NCBI GenBank assembly: GCA_000442015.1 | Contig: KE560734.1 | Span: 1 to 32,808 of the forward strand | Direction of reading: 5' to 3' | DNA: 32,808 bases | Source of the DNA: Rozella allomycis CSF55 | Lineage: Eukaryota | Shown: positions 1-13,304 of the stretch, one piece after another | How positions within the stretch are numbered: the first letter of the stretch is position 1 | Layout of the letters: every line of letters begins with the position of its first letter | Position numbers and translations under genes: made by a program | Notes under the pieces: model-generated | The model's input: only the letters and a program-made list of their open reading frames with translations | Databases searched by the model: none | What the model was told of the DNA's origin: nothing

Positions 1-88
1 AGAAAAAATCACCAGGATTTTTACGGGAAACGGGTGTATTTTGAAGCGATTTCTTAATTTCCCTATTGCAACCCTGGTCAAGCTTTTT

Positions 89-3000
89 ATGGAAGAACCA
101 AGAAAGCCAACAGGCGAGGCGGAGTCTCTAGCAGGCCGACTTTCAACGAAAGAATTTGGGTCTCGAGCGGAGCGTTCTATACCGGCTGATGTATTGGAGC
201 GAGCCAAGGCGAGTAAGGAGCGTTCTCAGCGGCGCAGTGAGAGGGCGTCTGCAGCCAAGCGTTTATTGAGCAAGGTAGGTGTGTATGCGTGGTGTGATGT
301 AGAGCAGTGTGGTTGGAGGTATTTTGAGTGCGACTGAGGGGCTGGAGGGAGTGAAGTACCAGCCCAAGACCAAGGAGAGTATGCAGACGTATGAGTTGTT
401 TTTGAACTATGTGGAGCGGGTGTTGGGTGACCAGCCGCGCGATGTGATGAGGACTGCTGTGGATGATGTGATTGGGATATTGAAGGATGAGGAGATGAAG
501 GAGTTTGATAAGAAGAAACAAGTTGAGAAGGTGTTGGAAGAGGAGTTGAGTGGAGAAGAGTTTGCGCAGTTGGTTAGTTTGGGGCAGAAGATTACGGATT
601 ATAGTGTGAATGAAGAGATGGATGGTGATGGGATTGATGAGCAGATTGGAGTTGCTGTTGTGTTTGATGAAGAGGAGGAAGAGGATGAGTTGTTTGAGAT
701 TAGGGAAGAAGAAGAGGATAATGATGATGATGAAGAAGAGATGGATGAGCAAATAAAGATTGGAGAAATGGAGGAAGACAAGGGGCAGATGATTGAAGAA
801 GATTTTATATCAGTTCATGATATTGATGCTCATTGGATTCAAAGACAGATTAGTGGATATTATAATGATGTTGTTGAAAGTCAAGATGTAGCTAATAGAA
901 TTTATGCCATCTTGGAACAGAGCAAAGATTCCAGAGTATGTGAAAATGAACTTGTGGCATTATTGGATTATGATAAATTTGATCTTGTTAAACTATTTAC
1001 AAAGAATAGAACCATGATAGTTTGGTGTGTAAAATTGAATAAAGCAGCGAATGAAGAAAAGGCTGAAATTGTGAAACAAATGAGAGGTGATCATGAGTTG
1101 GAAGAAATATTGACTAGAATGAATATGAATAGAGAACAAGAAAAAGCATTTAAGACAGTTGAAAGACCATCAACACCTATGGATTTAGATCATGGAGCTA
1201 ATGAAGAAAATGTTGAACAAATGGGACAAGTTGATTTGGAATCACTATCGTTTAATGAAGGTGGTCATTTGATGACGAATAAAAAGTGTAGATTACCTGA
1301 GACTGCATTTAAGAAGACAAAGAAAGGGTATGAAGAGATTCACATTCCAGCTGTTAAGGCCCAAGCAGCTTCAAATGAAGAATTGATTCCAATTGCCGAT
1401 TTACCTGGATGGACACATAAAGTATTTGCTGGTGCTAAATCATTGAACAGAGTTCAAAGCAAAGTCTATCAAACAGCGTTCTATTCAGATGAGAATATGT
1501 TGTTATGTGCGCCAACATCTGCTGGTAAAACAAATGTAGCGATGTTGACAATGCTGCATGAAATTGGCAAACATATAAACTTTGAGACAGGGGAGATTGA
1601 TACTGAGAATTTTAAGATTGTTTATATAGCGCCAATGAAAGCGCTTGTACAAGAAATGGTTAATAATTTTGGAAATAGATTGAAAGAGTATGGGATTAAA
1701 GTAGCAGAATTGACTGGAGATAGACAGTTGACGAAAGCACAGATAGCTGAAACACAGATAATTGTAACAACACCAGAGAAATGGGATGTTATAACAAGAA
1801 AGAATAACGATAGGTCGTATACAAATCTTGTTAGATTAATAATTATTGATGAAATTCATTTGTTGCATGATGATAGAGGTCCAGTGTTGGAGAGTATTGT
1901 AGCTAGAACTATAAGAATGATGGAACAAAGACAAGAATTGGTTAGAATAGTTGGGTTATCAGCAACATTGCCTAATTATGTTGATGTAGCTAGATTTTTA
2001 AGAGTTAATGTTGAAAAGGGATTGTTTTATTTTGATCAGAGTTACAGACCATGTCCATTGCAGCAACAGTTTATAGGTATTACAGAGAGAAATGCGCGTA
2101 AAAGATTTCAATTGATGAATGAAATTTGTTATGAGAAAGTGATGGACCAAGCAGGAAAGAATCAAGTTTTAGTTTTTGTTCATTCCAGAAGAGAGACAGC
2201 TAAAACAGCTAAACAAATTAAACAAACGGCGATTGATAATAATACAATTGGATATTTTATAAAGGAAGATGGAGCCAGTAGAGAAATATTGAAGAACCAA
2301 GCTGAAAGTACAAAGAATTTGGATTTGAAAGAGTTGATTCCATATGGATTTGCCATTCATCATGCTGGAATGACAAGAGCAGATAGAACAATGGTTGAAG
2401 AATTATTTGCTGAAGGACACATTCAAGTAATAGTGATATATTGGTAGTAAGAATAGGTTTTAGTTTCAACATCAACATTAGCGTGGGGAGTTAATTTGCC
2501 AGCGCATTCTGTTATTATTAAAGGAACACAATTGTATAATCCAGAAAAGGGAAGATTTGTTGAATTGAGTCCACAAGATGTATTGCAGATGTTTGGAAGA
2601 GCTGGAAGACCACAATATGATTCATTTGGAGAGGGTATTATTATAACGAGTCAACAAGAATTGCAATATTATTTATCATTGTTGAATACACAATTGCCTA
2701 TTGAAAGTCAGTTTGTTTCCAGATTGATTGATAATTTGAATGCAGAAATAGCATTGGGGAGTGTTAGAAATAGAGAAGAAGCAGTTGAGTGGTTGGGATA
2801 TACGTATTTGTATGTGAGAATGTTGAAAGATCCACAGACGTATAATATTGATTCCAAGGAAGAAGATTTGTATTTGAGAAAGAAGAGACAAGAGTTGATT
2901 CATTCAGCAGCGATGGTATTGGATAAAACAAGTTTAATTAAATATGACAAGAAGAGTGGCAATTTCAGTGTGACAGAGTTGGGAAGAATAGCTTCACATT

Positions 3001-6000
3001 ATTATATTAGTTATTCATCAATGGAAGTTTACAATCAACATTTGAAACCAACGATGGGAGACATTGATATTTTTAGAGTGTTTTCATTGTCAAAGGAGTT
3101 TAAATATATTCCAATTAGACCAGAAGAGAAATTGGAGTTGAATAAATTGATAGAAAAAGTTCCCATTCCAATCAAAGAGAGTGTGGAAGAAGCGTCATCA
3201 AAGATTAATGTGTTGTTGCAAAGTTATATTTCACAGTTAAAGTTGGAAGGGTTTGCAATGGTAGCTGATATGGTGTATGTGACTCAAAGTGCGTCAAGAA
3301 TATTGAGAGCGATGTTTGAAATGTGTTTGAGAAAGGGATGGTCAGAAGTGTCTAAAAGATTATTGGATATTTGTAAAATGGTTGATAGAAGGCAATGGTA
3401 TTCAATGTCACCACTAAGACAATTTAAAACGCTTGGTGTTGATGTGTTGAGAAATTTAGAGAGAAAAGATTTTCCATTTGAAAGGTAAATTGATTTAATT
3501 TAGTTGAAAAGATATTTTGATTTGAATGCGCAAGAGTTGGGAGAGTTTATTAGAGTGCCAAAGTTGGGCAAGCAATTGTATCAAATGATCCACCAGTTCC
3601 CGAGACTGGAGCTGCAAGCGCAGATATTGCCAATCACTCGATCAATGTTGAAGATTGAGTTGACGTTGACACCGAATTTTGAGTATCAAATGAACATCCA
3701 CGGGGCGTTTGAGTCATTTTGGATTATAGTAGAGGATAGCGATGGCCAAGTGGTGTTGTTTAGTGATCAGTTTATATTAAAGGAAGCGTATTGCCATGAT
3801 AACCATTATATATCTTTTACAGTGCCATTGTTTGATCCTATGCCACCTAATTATTTTATTTCTGTTATAAGCGATAGATGGCTGCATTCAGAGTCAAAGT
3901 TGGTTGTGTCGTTTGATAATTTGATATTGCCTGAAAAGTTTAGTGCGTGTAGTGAGTTGCTTGATTTGCAGTTGAAGCCTGTTAGTGAAGTTATTGAAGA
4001 GATTAGAATGGTTGAAGAAGTAAACAGAGAAGAAGTAAAGGGAGAAGATAGAATGGTTGAAGAAAAGGGAGAACAAGAGAGTAATTCGGCAATTGTAGAG
4101 TCATTGACGTTTCATTATTTGAATCCAATACAGACACAGGTGTATAATTCTCTAGTTTCAAATGAAAATATATTTATTGGAGCGCCTAGTGGCAGTTGCA
4201 AATCAACAATGGCAATGATAGCTATTAGTAGAATGGAGGAAAATAAAAAGTGTTTGATGATATGTCCAAATGAAGGGTTGATGATGAATTATTACAATAA
4301 ATTTTACAAGTTAGGAAGGGTGAATATGATGAGTGGCGATGTTGGAATAGATTTGAAGATGATACAAGAGTCTAGAATAATACTGAGTACTCCAGAGCAG
4401 TGGGATGTTTTGTCTAGAAGATGGAAGCAAAGAAAGCAAGTGCAGCAAATAGATTTGTTTATAATGCAAGATTTGCAGTTTATAGGATCAAAACAAGGTC
4501 CAATCTATGAGATTATAGTTAGTAGAATGCGATACATGACGATGCAGTTGGAGAGAGAGATGAGGTTTATTGGATTTAGTTTGCCGCTTGCTAATGCCAA
4601 GGATGTTGGTGAGTGGATTGGAGCCACTAGTATTTATAACTTTCATCCTAGTGTGAGACCTGATTTGTTGGAGATTCATATTCAAACGTTTAATCAAGTT
4701 AATTTTACGTCGATGGTGTATTCTATGGTTAAGCCTTCGTTTAAGTTTTTAAAGGAGAGTGCGAGTGATGGGGAGAAGAGGGAGAAGAGTAAGGGGGAGG
4801 GAGAGAAGAGTGTTGTGTTTATTCCTAGTAGAAAGCATTTGTTGATTGTTGCGCAAGAGTTTATTAATAATTGTGTGATGAGTGGTACTCACTTCAACAA
4901 TGAGACTGCTCAAGATGAAAATGAAAGGTTGAAATTATTTGAAGATGGGTTGTTGAATGAATGTGTAAAGTATGGAATTGGGTTTGTTCATGAATCAATG
5001 AAGGAAAAGGAAAAGAAGGAGATTATTGAAATGTATGAGAGAGAAGAGATTAGAGTGTTATTGATTAGCAAGGATTGTTGTTGGATTGCACCCAAGTGTA
5101 ACAAGGTTGTATTGATGGGAACACAAGTAATAACATTTAAATGATATGATGGTAGTATTATGAGGGTAGAGAGCATAGATATGTGGATTATCCAATAACA
5201 TTGATATTATTTATGCTTGGAAGATCAAAAGACAAATGTTTGTTTATGTGTCCATTTGTGAGAAAAGAATTTTACAAGAAATTTTTAAATGAACCCTTGC
5301 CAATTGAATCACATTTGAATTTGAATTTACATGATTATTTTAATTCTGAAATTGTTTCTAAAACGATTGAAAATAAACAAGATGCAGTTGATTGTTTAAC
5401 ATGGACGTTTCTTTATAGAAGATTAATAAAGAATCCAAACTATTATAATTTGAATGGAACAACGAATCAACATTTGAGTGATCATTTGAGTGATTTAGTT
5501 GAAAGTACTTTGAATGATTTGAGTACAGCTAAATGTATTGAAATTGAAAATGAATTTGACATTTCCATTTTAAATCTAGGTAATTTTAATAGTATTTCTT
5601 TAATAAAAGGAATGATTGCTTCGTTTTATAATGTTCATTATGTTACGCTTGAAATGTTTAACATGTCATTGACTAGAAATACAAAGTTGAAGGGATTGTT
5701 GGAAATTATTTCATCTGCTTCAGAGTTTGATGATTTGTTTATTAGACATCACGAAGAAGTTATTTTGAAAAAGATTTACGATAGATTGCCAATCAAAATT
5801 ACAAATCCAATCTTTAATAATCCACACTGCAAAGCCAACATTCTTTTACAATCTCATTTTTCAAGAATTAAATTACCTTTTGATTTAGAAAATGATCAGA
5901 AATTAGTTTTATTCAAAGTTATTCCTCTATTGCAAGCATGTGTGGATGTTTTATCTTCTAATGGTTGGTTGAATCCTTGTTTATCTGCAATGGAATTATC

Positions 6001-6660
6001 TCAGATGGTTATTCAAGCTATTTGGGATAAAGATTCTCCTTTGAAACAACTTCCTTTTATTAACAATCAAATCATTCAAAATTTAAACCAAATTGTAATT
6101 AATTTTATTTCTATTAAAAGGGTGTTGAAAATATTTTTGATTTTATGGATCTCGATGATGAAAAGAGAAACGAAATTTGTCAATTAAGCAATAATGAAAT
6201 GTCACAAGTCGCTCAAGTTGTCAACAGGTAACCCTTTAAATTAATTCTCACGAGATATCCAAACATTGATGTCCACTACCGCATCGACGATGAAAACGAT
6301 TTAATCTCTGGCTTCCCAGTCTCCATCTCAGTTCACCTGGAGCGCCAAGACGACGATCTCTTTGGTCCTGTAATTGCGCCATTCTATCCAAAGCGAAAAG
6401 ACGAGAATTGGTGGCTGGTTGTTGGTCATTTGGAGTCAAAGGCTTTGTATTCTATTAGACGCGTGGCGTTTGAGAAGCAGGTGGATATTACGCTAGAGTT
6501 TAATCTGCCAGAGCCGGGTAAGTATGCCTTTAAGCTGTATTTGATGTGCGATGCTTATTTTGGGTGTGATCAGGAATATGACTTTGAGATGGTTGTGAAA
6601 GAGAATGACAATGTTGATGAGGATGAGGAGGGTGATGGTGAGGAAATGCAAGTTGAATAA
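89..6660 (+). CDS. BRR2: U5 snRNP 200 kDa Ski2-like RNA helicase (Brr2/SNRNP200), 7 introns
   Basis: [11 protein letters not shown]-terminal motif, YQPKT plug region, PWI-like [40 protein letters not shown], Sec63 domains, degenerate second cassette, C-terminal [16 protein letters not shown] introns that join the ORFs in frame: 275-302, 2427-2456, 3485-3511, 5127-5155, 5580-5609, 6095-6120, 6228-6254. Start at ATG 89 is less certain than the rest. Confidence 0.96.
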
Positions 6661-6822
6661 ATTTAAATTGATTGGTTTTATATAGTTTAGGTTTTGATAT
6701 TAGTTTTACTTTTGAATTTTTTTAAATTATATTGACGTTGCGTATCAAATAATAATGTCAATTTGACTGCATCTTTTTCACATAATAAATCTCAGTGTTT
6801 CATAGTGGCTTGACTGCTTGAA

Positions 6823-9257
6823 ATGAAAGAGTTTCACGTCCTTTTAAACAAGGCGTTTGCAAAGACAAGCAACATGAACCTTTTAATCAGAGATTACGCA
6901 CAGTCCTTTGATCTATATACCAAACAAGAAGCCCTGATATTACTAGAAAAAATCGCTCGACTGGGATACTGCCACGAGTTCATAGTAAACCTACGAAACT
7001 CTGAATCTTTTGTCGAGTATTTAGAGTACTGCTCGCCATATGATCGAGAGAAATATCTTTGTGCAGTATTTGAATCCAACGCAGGTTGTATAATATCACA
7101 ATTAGCGGTGGATAATGCGTATTTTAAGAGTTTTGTGCTAAAGTATTGTATAAAGTGTGAGGATTCCAAATCTTTTGATAATATGCTTGGCTACCTTGCG
7201 AGCGAGAGTGTGGGATTGTTTGAAGAGGTTGCCGAAAAAATTATGCGGTTTGTTTTCGATCCTGTGTTTATTGTTTATGAGAGGTTTTCGAGGCAGTTTG
7301 CTTATATGAAGCGGATGGCGGCAGTTTGCAGGGTGATTAGTGAGACTGGGCTGATTGAGGGTGCTAAAGAGAAGCTGCAGATGGCGTATTTGGAGGGCGT
7401 TGGATGTTATATTGATCATGCGGATGCGAATGTGAAGCAGTGCGGGATGAAGCTTGTGGAGATTGTGACGCGGATGGTGCATGAAAAGCCGATTGATTTT
7501 GGAATTGGGGATGAGGTGTTGGGCATGGAGGCGAGGGAGTTGGTGGATGTTTTTAAGATGTCTGGGAGGGAAGGGGATGAGACTGGAAGGAAAGTGGATG
7601 AGGCTGGGAGGGAAGGGGAAGTGGGTGGTGACAAGTGNGAAATATTGTATAAAGTGTGAAGATTCCGGAGCTTTTGATAATATGCTTGGCTACCTTGCGA
7701 GCGAGTGTGTGGGATTGTTTGAAGAGGTTGCCGAAAAGATTATGCGGTTTGTTTTCGACCCCGTGTTTATTGTTTATGAGAGGTTCTCGAGGCAGTTTGT
7801 TTATATGAAGCGGATGGCGGCAGTTTGCAGGGTGATTAGTGAGACTGGGCTGATTGAGGGTGCTAAAGAGAAGCTGCAGATGGCGTATTTGGAGGGCGTT
7901 GGATGTTATATTGATCATGCGGATGCGAATGTGAAGCAGTGCGGGATGAAGCTTGTGGAGATTGTGACGCGGATGGTGCATGAAAAGCCGATTGATTTTG
8001 GAATTGGGGATGAGGTGTTGGGCATGGAGGCGAGGGAGTTGGTGGATGTTTTTAAGATGTCTGGGAGGGAAGGGGATGAGACTGGAAGGAAAGTGGATGA
8101 GGCTGGGAGGGAAGGGGAAGTGGGTGACAAGTGGGAGGAAGTTGAGGAGAGGTTGCCGCCTGTGTCTGACGACGATGAGGAGATTGATTTAAAAAGGGAT
8201 GCTGGATGTGCTTCAAGAAAGTTATTCAAGGATCCACCGAATGCGAAAGTGAAACGTCCAAAATTTATCCGACAGTGCCTTGAGTATCTAAGGGATTCGG
8301 AAGAGCCGAGGAAATCGGAGCTGGCTATTGAAGAATTAGTTTCACTCATTAAAAAGTCCTCAACTTTGACTTTGAAAGAGATGGGGGCTGAGATCGCCAA
8401 GGATATCCTGTTTTGGCAAAACCATTTCAATTTGGAGTCGTTTCACGCCTGCCGAGATGAGGCGATGCCCTTATTGATATCAAAGCAGCCGCAATGTGTG
8501 AATTGTTTTCTCGGCGCAGAGTTTTATACGAGGCATGTTAATTTGACCCAGAGATTTGAGATTCTGGCGTGGATTGTTTTGGCGGCAAAGAAAATGTGTG
8601 GCATTGNTGCGTGCCGAGATGAGGCGATGCCCTTGTTGATATCAAAGCAGCCGCAATGTGTGAATTGTTTTCTTGGCGCAGAGTTTTATACGAAGCATGT
8701 GAATTTGACCCAGAGATATGAGATTCTGGCGTGGATTGTTTTGGCGGCAAAGAAAATGTGTGGGATTGATGTGAATAGTAACAAAAGTGTGAAAATGGAA
8801 GTTACTGGCGATGAATGGGAAGAATCAAAGAGACTTGTGACCAGAAAGATCAAGTCAACAGAGACGTTTGCTAATCCGCTGTATTCAAGTTTGGAGACCT
8901 TCGTACTGCCTTTTATACGACCGCTGTGGANACCACATGTGGAAGCAAAGTAATATGAAATTGCTTTTAAAAAACGTTCCGCTGCTAGTAAAACTTGTTC
9001 ATTCTATCGCTGTTGTCTGGTATTTGGGCCACTGTTCCCCTGCTGTGGTTCAGGTAGGCAGAGAGTGTTTGGATTTCCTTTCGTCTATTCTTTGCTACAC
9101 GCCACATCCAGATATTTCGCGGGCTTTGGTGTTTGGATACTCTGTTTGCTTTCAAATTTTGCCAAAGTGGTTCTGGAACGAATATGACGGAACAGTAACA
9201 TTTCAAGAATGGGTTAAGACTTTAAATGAATCGCCAGATAAATATTTAATTTGTTAG
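6823..9257 (+). CDS. TEL2: Telomere length regulation protein Tel2/TELO2 (TTT complex); interrupted by three N joins, 3' end uncertain
   Basis: YLEGVGCYIDH...GMKLVEIV...PIDF, acidic SDDDEE linker followed by KRPKFIRQCLEYL, and EFYTRHVNLTQRFEILAWIVLAA resemble Tel2 blocks. The frame can be reconstructed once the duplicated segments at N7638, N8607 and N8931 are collapsed. Confidence 0.8.
7141..8133. repeat. Near-identical ~495 bp direct duplication across N7638 (probable uncollapsed haplotypes)
   Basis: 7141-7637 is repeated at about 7640-8133 with scattered substitutions (EDSKSF vs EDSGAF, ASESV vs ASECV, QFAY vs QFVY) and a 3-nt indel (gtgggtggtgac vs gtgggtgac). Confidence 0.9.
8446..8768. 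repeat. Near-identical ~160 bp direct duplication across N8607 (probable uncollapsed haplotypes)
   Basis: ACRDEAMPLL...KKMCGI is encoded twice with a few substitutions (TRH/TKH, QRF/QRY). Confidence 0.9.
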
Positions 9258-9683
9258 AGTTGAAATATAAGAGTGATACATTTCGAAAACTGCTGATGCG
9301 TGGGTTCAAATTAATAAAAATGGTTTAGTGAAATTTTCTCAAAATCTAATTATTATATGGATACTGATTTCAATCGTTTTTTGACTTTTGGTAGGCTCCT
9401 GGTTTTTAGCGGATACTTTGGAAGATCATACGGTGCGGAGTTGGATCTCCGATCTTGAGATTACCAGTGAAAAATATACATGTTGGCGGCGTTAAATGTG
9501 AATATTGACACATGCCCGAAGAATTCAAGAAAGAACACATGTTTAAGCTTGTATATTATATTTGGGTCCATAAAATAAGTTTCTCTATTGAATTTTCATG
9601 ACCAAAGTTTCTTTTCAGATGACCAGTTTCTGTCATCAAAAAGTGTCACAGCCTATGGTATCGGTGTCGCCTTGAATACCTCT

Positions 9684-9763
9684 TGCAAAATCACTTTTCT
9701 ACAATATTGAACGATTCAAAGGGTTTACAAACCAAGTCTCTATATTATCACCGGTGCCTACGG
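9684..9763 (-). repeat. Degenerate ~80 bp copy of the DZIP1-like exon-intron-exon junction at 12204-12285
   Basis: tgcaaaa-tcacttttctacaatattgaacgattcaaaggg-tttacaaaccaagtctctatattatcaccggtgcctacgg aligns by eye with tgcaaaattcacatttctacaatattgaacgatttaaagggctttacaaacgcagtctctatattatcaccgctgactacgg, same orientation. Confidence 0.9.
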
Positions 9764-9854
9764 GAAAGAAGATGAAGTGAGGAGGGAAAATTGAAGATGC
9801 AAATTAATAAAGATAAATCATTAATTTTTCCTAAAACTGTTTATTTATTCATTT

Positions 9855-12800
9855 TTAATCGGATGCAAACTCATTTAAAAGATCATCCAGGTTTTCTTCA
9901 ACCACGGGTTGACTCTTAGATGCTTTGGGTGCTTCTGTTTGTTTTTCTTCTTTTTCATTAACTTTTGCTTCGCTAGATTCATTTTTGGCATTTGATGTTG
10001 ATGGTATCACGGGGGTTTTAGACCAAGAACGCTTTTCTTCCCACTTTGGTACAGCCAACGTTTTGGACCAGGTCCTTTTCTCCTTGATACTACTTGCGTC
10101 ATTTTCCTTGACAGAAATTCTGGTGGATTCTTCTGGCTCTGTCAACTCACTCATCTCTGATATCTTAAAGGACTCAGATTCATCATCCTTTTGTCTTCTT
10201 CGATAATGCTTTGTAGGACTTGCTTCTCTAGATGAATTCATCAACACGGGTTCAGATATTTTCCCAAACTTTGCATTTCTGGAAACAGCTGGCGCACTGG
10301 CGGATCTATGATGGTACCTTTTGCTTGGCCTTCTGATGTACTCGTAAAGTTCTTCATCAGAACTTGTTGGCCTTCTCAAAATATTCTTTCTTACAACATT
10401 AAATGCCTTCTTGAGTGATTCTTTTGACTTTTCTGCGAAACTTTGCTTATGTGATCTTCTTCTTTCAATAGTCATTATAGGAGATGGTTTAGCAGACCTA
10501 TTTAATTCTAAGTTTACCAAAAATGAATTAAATACTTGATTTGCTTGCTCTTTCATAAGTATTTTCGTATTGGTCATGGTTTGTGTAGGAATGACTGTGT
10601 CTTCTTGGTTTCAAGATTGATGCCTTCTTTGGTTGACTAATAGGTTCGTCTGGCACTTGGTATTCTTCTTCACTTTGATAGTTTGATAAATTTTCTGGTT
10701 CACTTTCGTAACTAGATTCAGAGTTTTCTTTCCATCTAATTGGACTGCTTGCCGCTGAACTCCTCTGCGAAGTAGACCTTCTTCTCGGAACATAATCATA
10801 GTCAACTGATTGTCTGAATTTTCTTCCCCTAAAGCTGATTCTTGGTTTCGGTTCAGCAGGTGGGACTGGTTTCAGCATCTTTGAATAACTTTCAGACCTA
10901 ATTGATGCCCTTCTTTCTACTTGCTTCTTATCATGAAAGTTGAAGGAATGTCTTCTTGGCTTTAATGGACTAGGTTGTGGATTAATTTCGATCTTTTGCT
11001 TAGAATCAAACTGGAATCTCTCGTCAACAACACCTTCAATTTTTGACGAAATGTAGTCACGCATCCATAAAAAGTATGGGTTGGATTCTGCAATATTGAT
11101 TCGATCTTGTCTCAGTTGCTTGATCTTATTTTCAACAGCCTCGGGGTTCCTCATTAGTTCCTTGTTGATTCCTCGCTGGACAAGTATGTCATCAAGAACG
11201 TCTACAATCATGTCCTTTTGGTGATCTATTTCTTCCGTTGTGTGTGCATATTTTGTTTTCACCCATGGTGCATTGCTTAGGGGCATATCTATACTACATT
11301 TCCAATCAATTTACATTTGTTAGATTCTAAAACATCAATAATCACTTTCCATTCCTCATCTTCTGGCTCATTATTTGCAATGTATGGCTCAAAACTATGC
11401 TTCGCTTCCACTGGACTTTTCTCCTCGATGATTTCTGTTGGGTTATTCTCTACAATCTCTTTAACTTGACTATTTTTCGTTTCTGTTTTATCAGTATTAA
11501 TAGATTTCTGAAGTGAACATGCTAAATCATCAAGTTTTTGCTTTGAAACGGCTAAATATTCATTCATCTTTTGTCTGTCTTGTTCCTGGGACATTGATTT
11601 AGATAAAAATATTTACTAAGAGATTAAATTGCTCTTTTTCTTGTTGAAAAATAGTATTTTTAATGCTATTGACCTGGTCATTAAGCATTTCCTTGATGGT
11701 CACCATCGCATTTTCTTGTAACTTTTCAAATTTTTCTTGTGCTTCCTTTAACGGCGACATGCTACCAGTGTCGTCTTCTAGGAAGTCACCCAAATTTGTT
11801 TCTGTAACCGCATTTTTCTTGCTTAATTCTGCCATTGCTTGATTCATTTGATTCTATAGTGGTCTAATTGTTAACATGTACCTTCAATTCTGTTATTTCT
11901 TGTTGATACTTGCGACTTTCCATTTCATACTTTTCATTTAAAGCAATCTAAGATCTTCTCATATTTACTACTTTACCGTTCTATTTTCCAACTCTTGAAT
12001 GATCTTAGCCTCCAGACCCTGTTTTGTCTGCAGCTCCAGTTCCACAATTTTATTAGATAAATTTTGTATCGTGTCCAATACTTTGTGAATTGGATCTTCT
12101 TTAGGCGCTGTCGGCGTTTTGTTGGCTTCATTTGAGAACTTCATTCCACTATGTCTGCGCATATAGTGACCCTCAAGAAATGCTTCACTCTGAAACATCT
12201 TGCTGCAAAATTCACATTTCTACAATATTGAACGATTTAAAGGGCTTTACAAACGCAGTCTCTATATTATCACCGCTGACTACGGATCCTGCACCATTCA
12301 CCTTGTACATCATTTGATAAGCGTAAAGTGTTTTCTTTAAGTTTTTGATTTCCTTTTTCAATGCAAACAAGTCTGTATCCTAATTAGTACTTGATTTGTA
12401 AAATACCTTTTCCTTTAACAATGCTGCTTGCTTTTCCAATTGCTGTCTGAGACTGAAATTAGCATCTTGTGCTTCACCGTTAGAAGAATTGAGATGGTCC
12501 TTTCCTTCTTTAGATTGGGTATTACTTGACAGTATAGAAGGTATTCGATGATCAATTGGCAAAGACAAAAGAGTTTCAAGATGTTTGGGTCAGTGCCACG
12601 TAAATCTAAAATTAAGGCAAAAAATAACGTACCTTCGGCGTATATGTCACAAAAGGCAACATTTTCAAGTGCTTGTTGCAGTAGGCCTATATCGACCTTT
12701 TAATGGTATATTTGTATGGTACTTGCTTGGTTATTCTATCAATATCTATTGATGCCAGCATTCTCCAGTTGATTCTTTCTTGGCGCTTCCTGAAATAGAA

Positions 12801-12956
12801 AGATTGATTTTGTTTGGGTTGCATGGAATGATAAATGTTTTCGTTAGTATTGGCAGTGACGTTTTGCGGATGAGGTGTGTTTGTATAATTATTCTCCAAG
12901 GATTTACGTTCATGAAATTCGGAGAGTAATTGGGGATTGAAAACACAGCTTGTCAT
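9855..12956 (-). CDS. DZIP1: DZIP1/Iguana-like ciliary basal-body C2H2 zinc-finger coiled-coil protein, about 10 introns
   Basis: Spliced N-terminus FYFRKRQERINWRMLASIDIDRITKQ|VDIGLLQQALENVAFCDIYAE|DLRGTDPNILKLFCLCQLIIEYLLYCQ matches the Dzip-like N domain; zinc finger KCEFCSKMFQSEAFLEGHYMRRH; the following minus-strand ORFs down to 9855 join in frame through short GT-AG introns. Confidence 0.85.
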
Positions 12957-13304
12957 CAATTGTAAACAAAGAAGTGGCTTAGAGTTGAAAATTGTAAAAA
13001 TAGATTGTATTAACGTAGGAGTCTATAGATAGGCCTTGGATTCAGGATTTTGAAATAACGATTAAAACTTAAATATTTTCCATCTCATTGTTCAACTTAT
13101 TGAATTCTCAGATTTGACGAGATCCGCTAAGCAAAACATCAATGACGAAGGCAATGATATATGAAATCAATGTTTGAATAAACAGAGTCAACAGACCGTT
13201 TTTGATTATTATTTTTAGAATGAAAGTATAATGGTTTAGATTAAACAGTATACAATCGTTTGGCCCCTGGTCCCTGAAATTTATTTTGATGGCAACACCA
13301 CCAT

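Noticed and set aside
177..752. 191-aa minus-strand ORF and other antisense ORFs over BRR2, TEL2 and the ABC gene
   Set aside because: Shadows of G/A-rich, C-poor coding sequence; low-complexity L/I/H/S products with no motifs.
1506..1535. BRR2 Walker A reads APTSAGKT instead of APTGAGKT
   Set aside because: TSAGKT is the normal form in related Ski2/Mtr4 helicases, so it is not evidence of inactivation.
4120..5126. Degenerate helicase motifs in the second BRR2 cassette ([12 protein letters not shown])
   Set aside because: The C-terminal cassette of Brr2 is known to be catalytically inactive and divergent.
2427..6254. Apparent stops and frameshifts suggesting an alternative genetic code or pseudogenes
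   Set aside because: All are resolved by short GT-AG introns under the standard code.
9614..9640. Possible C/D box snoRNA on the minus strand (TGATGA...CTGA)
   Set aside because: Boxes only 14 nt apart, with no terminal stem or guide I can identify.
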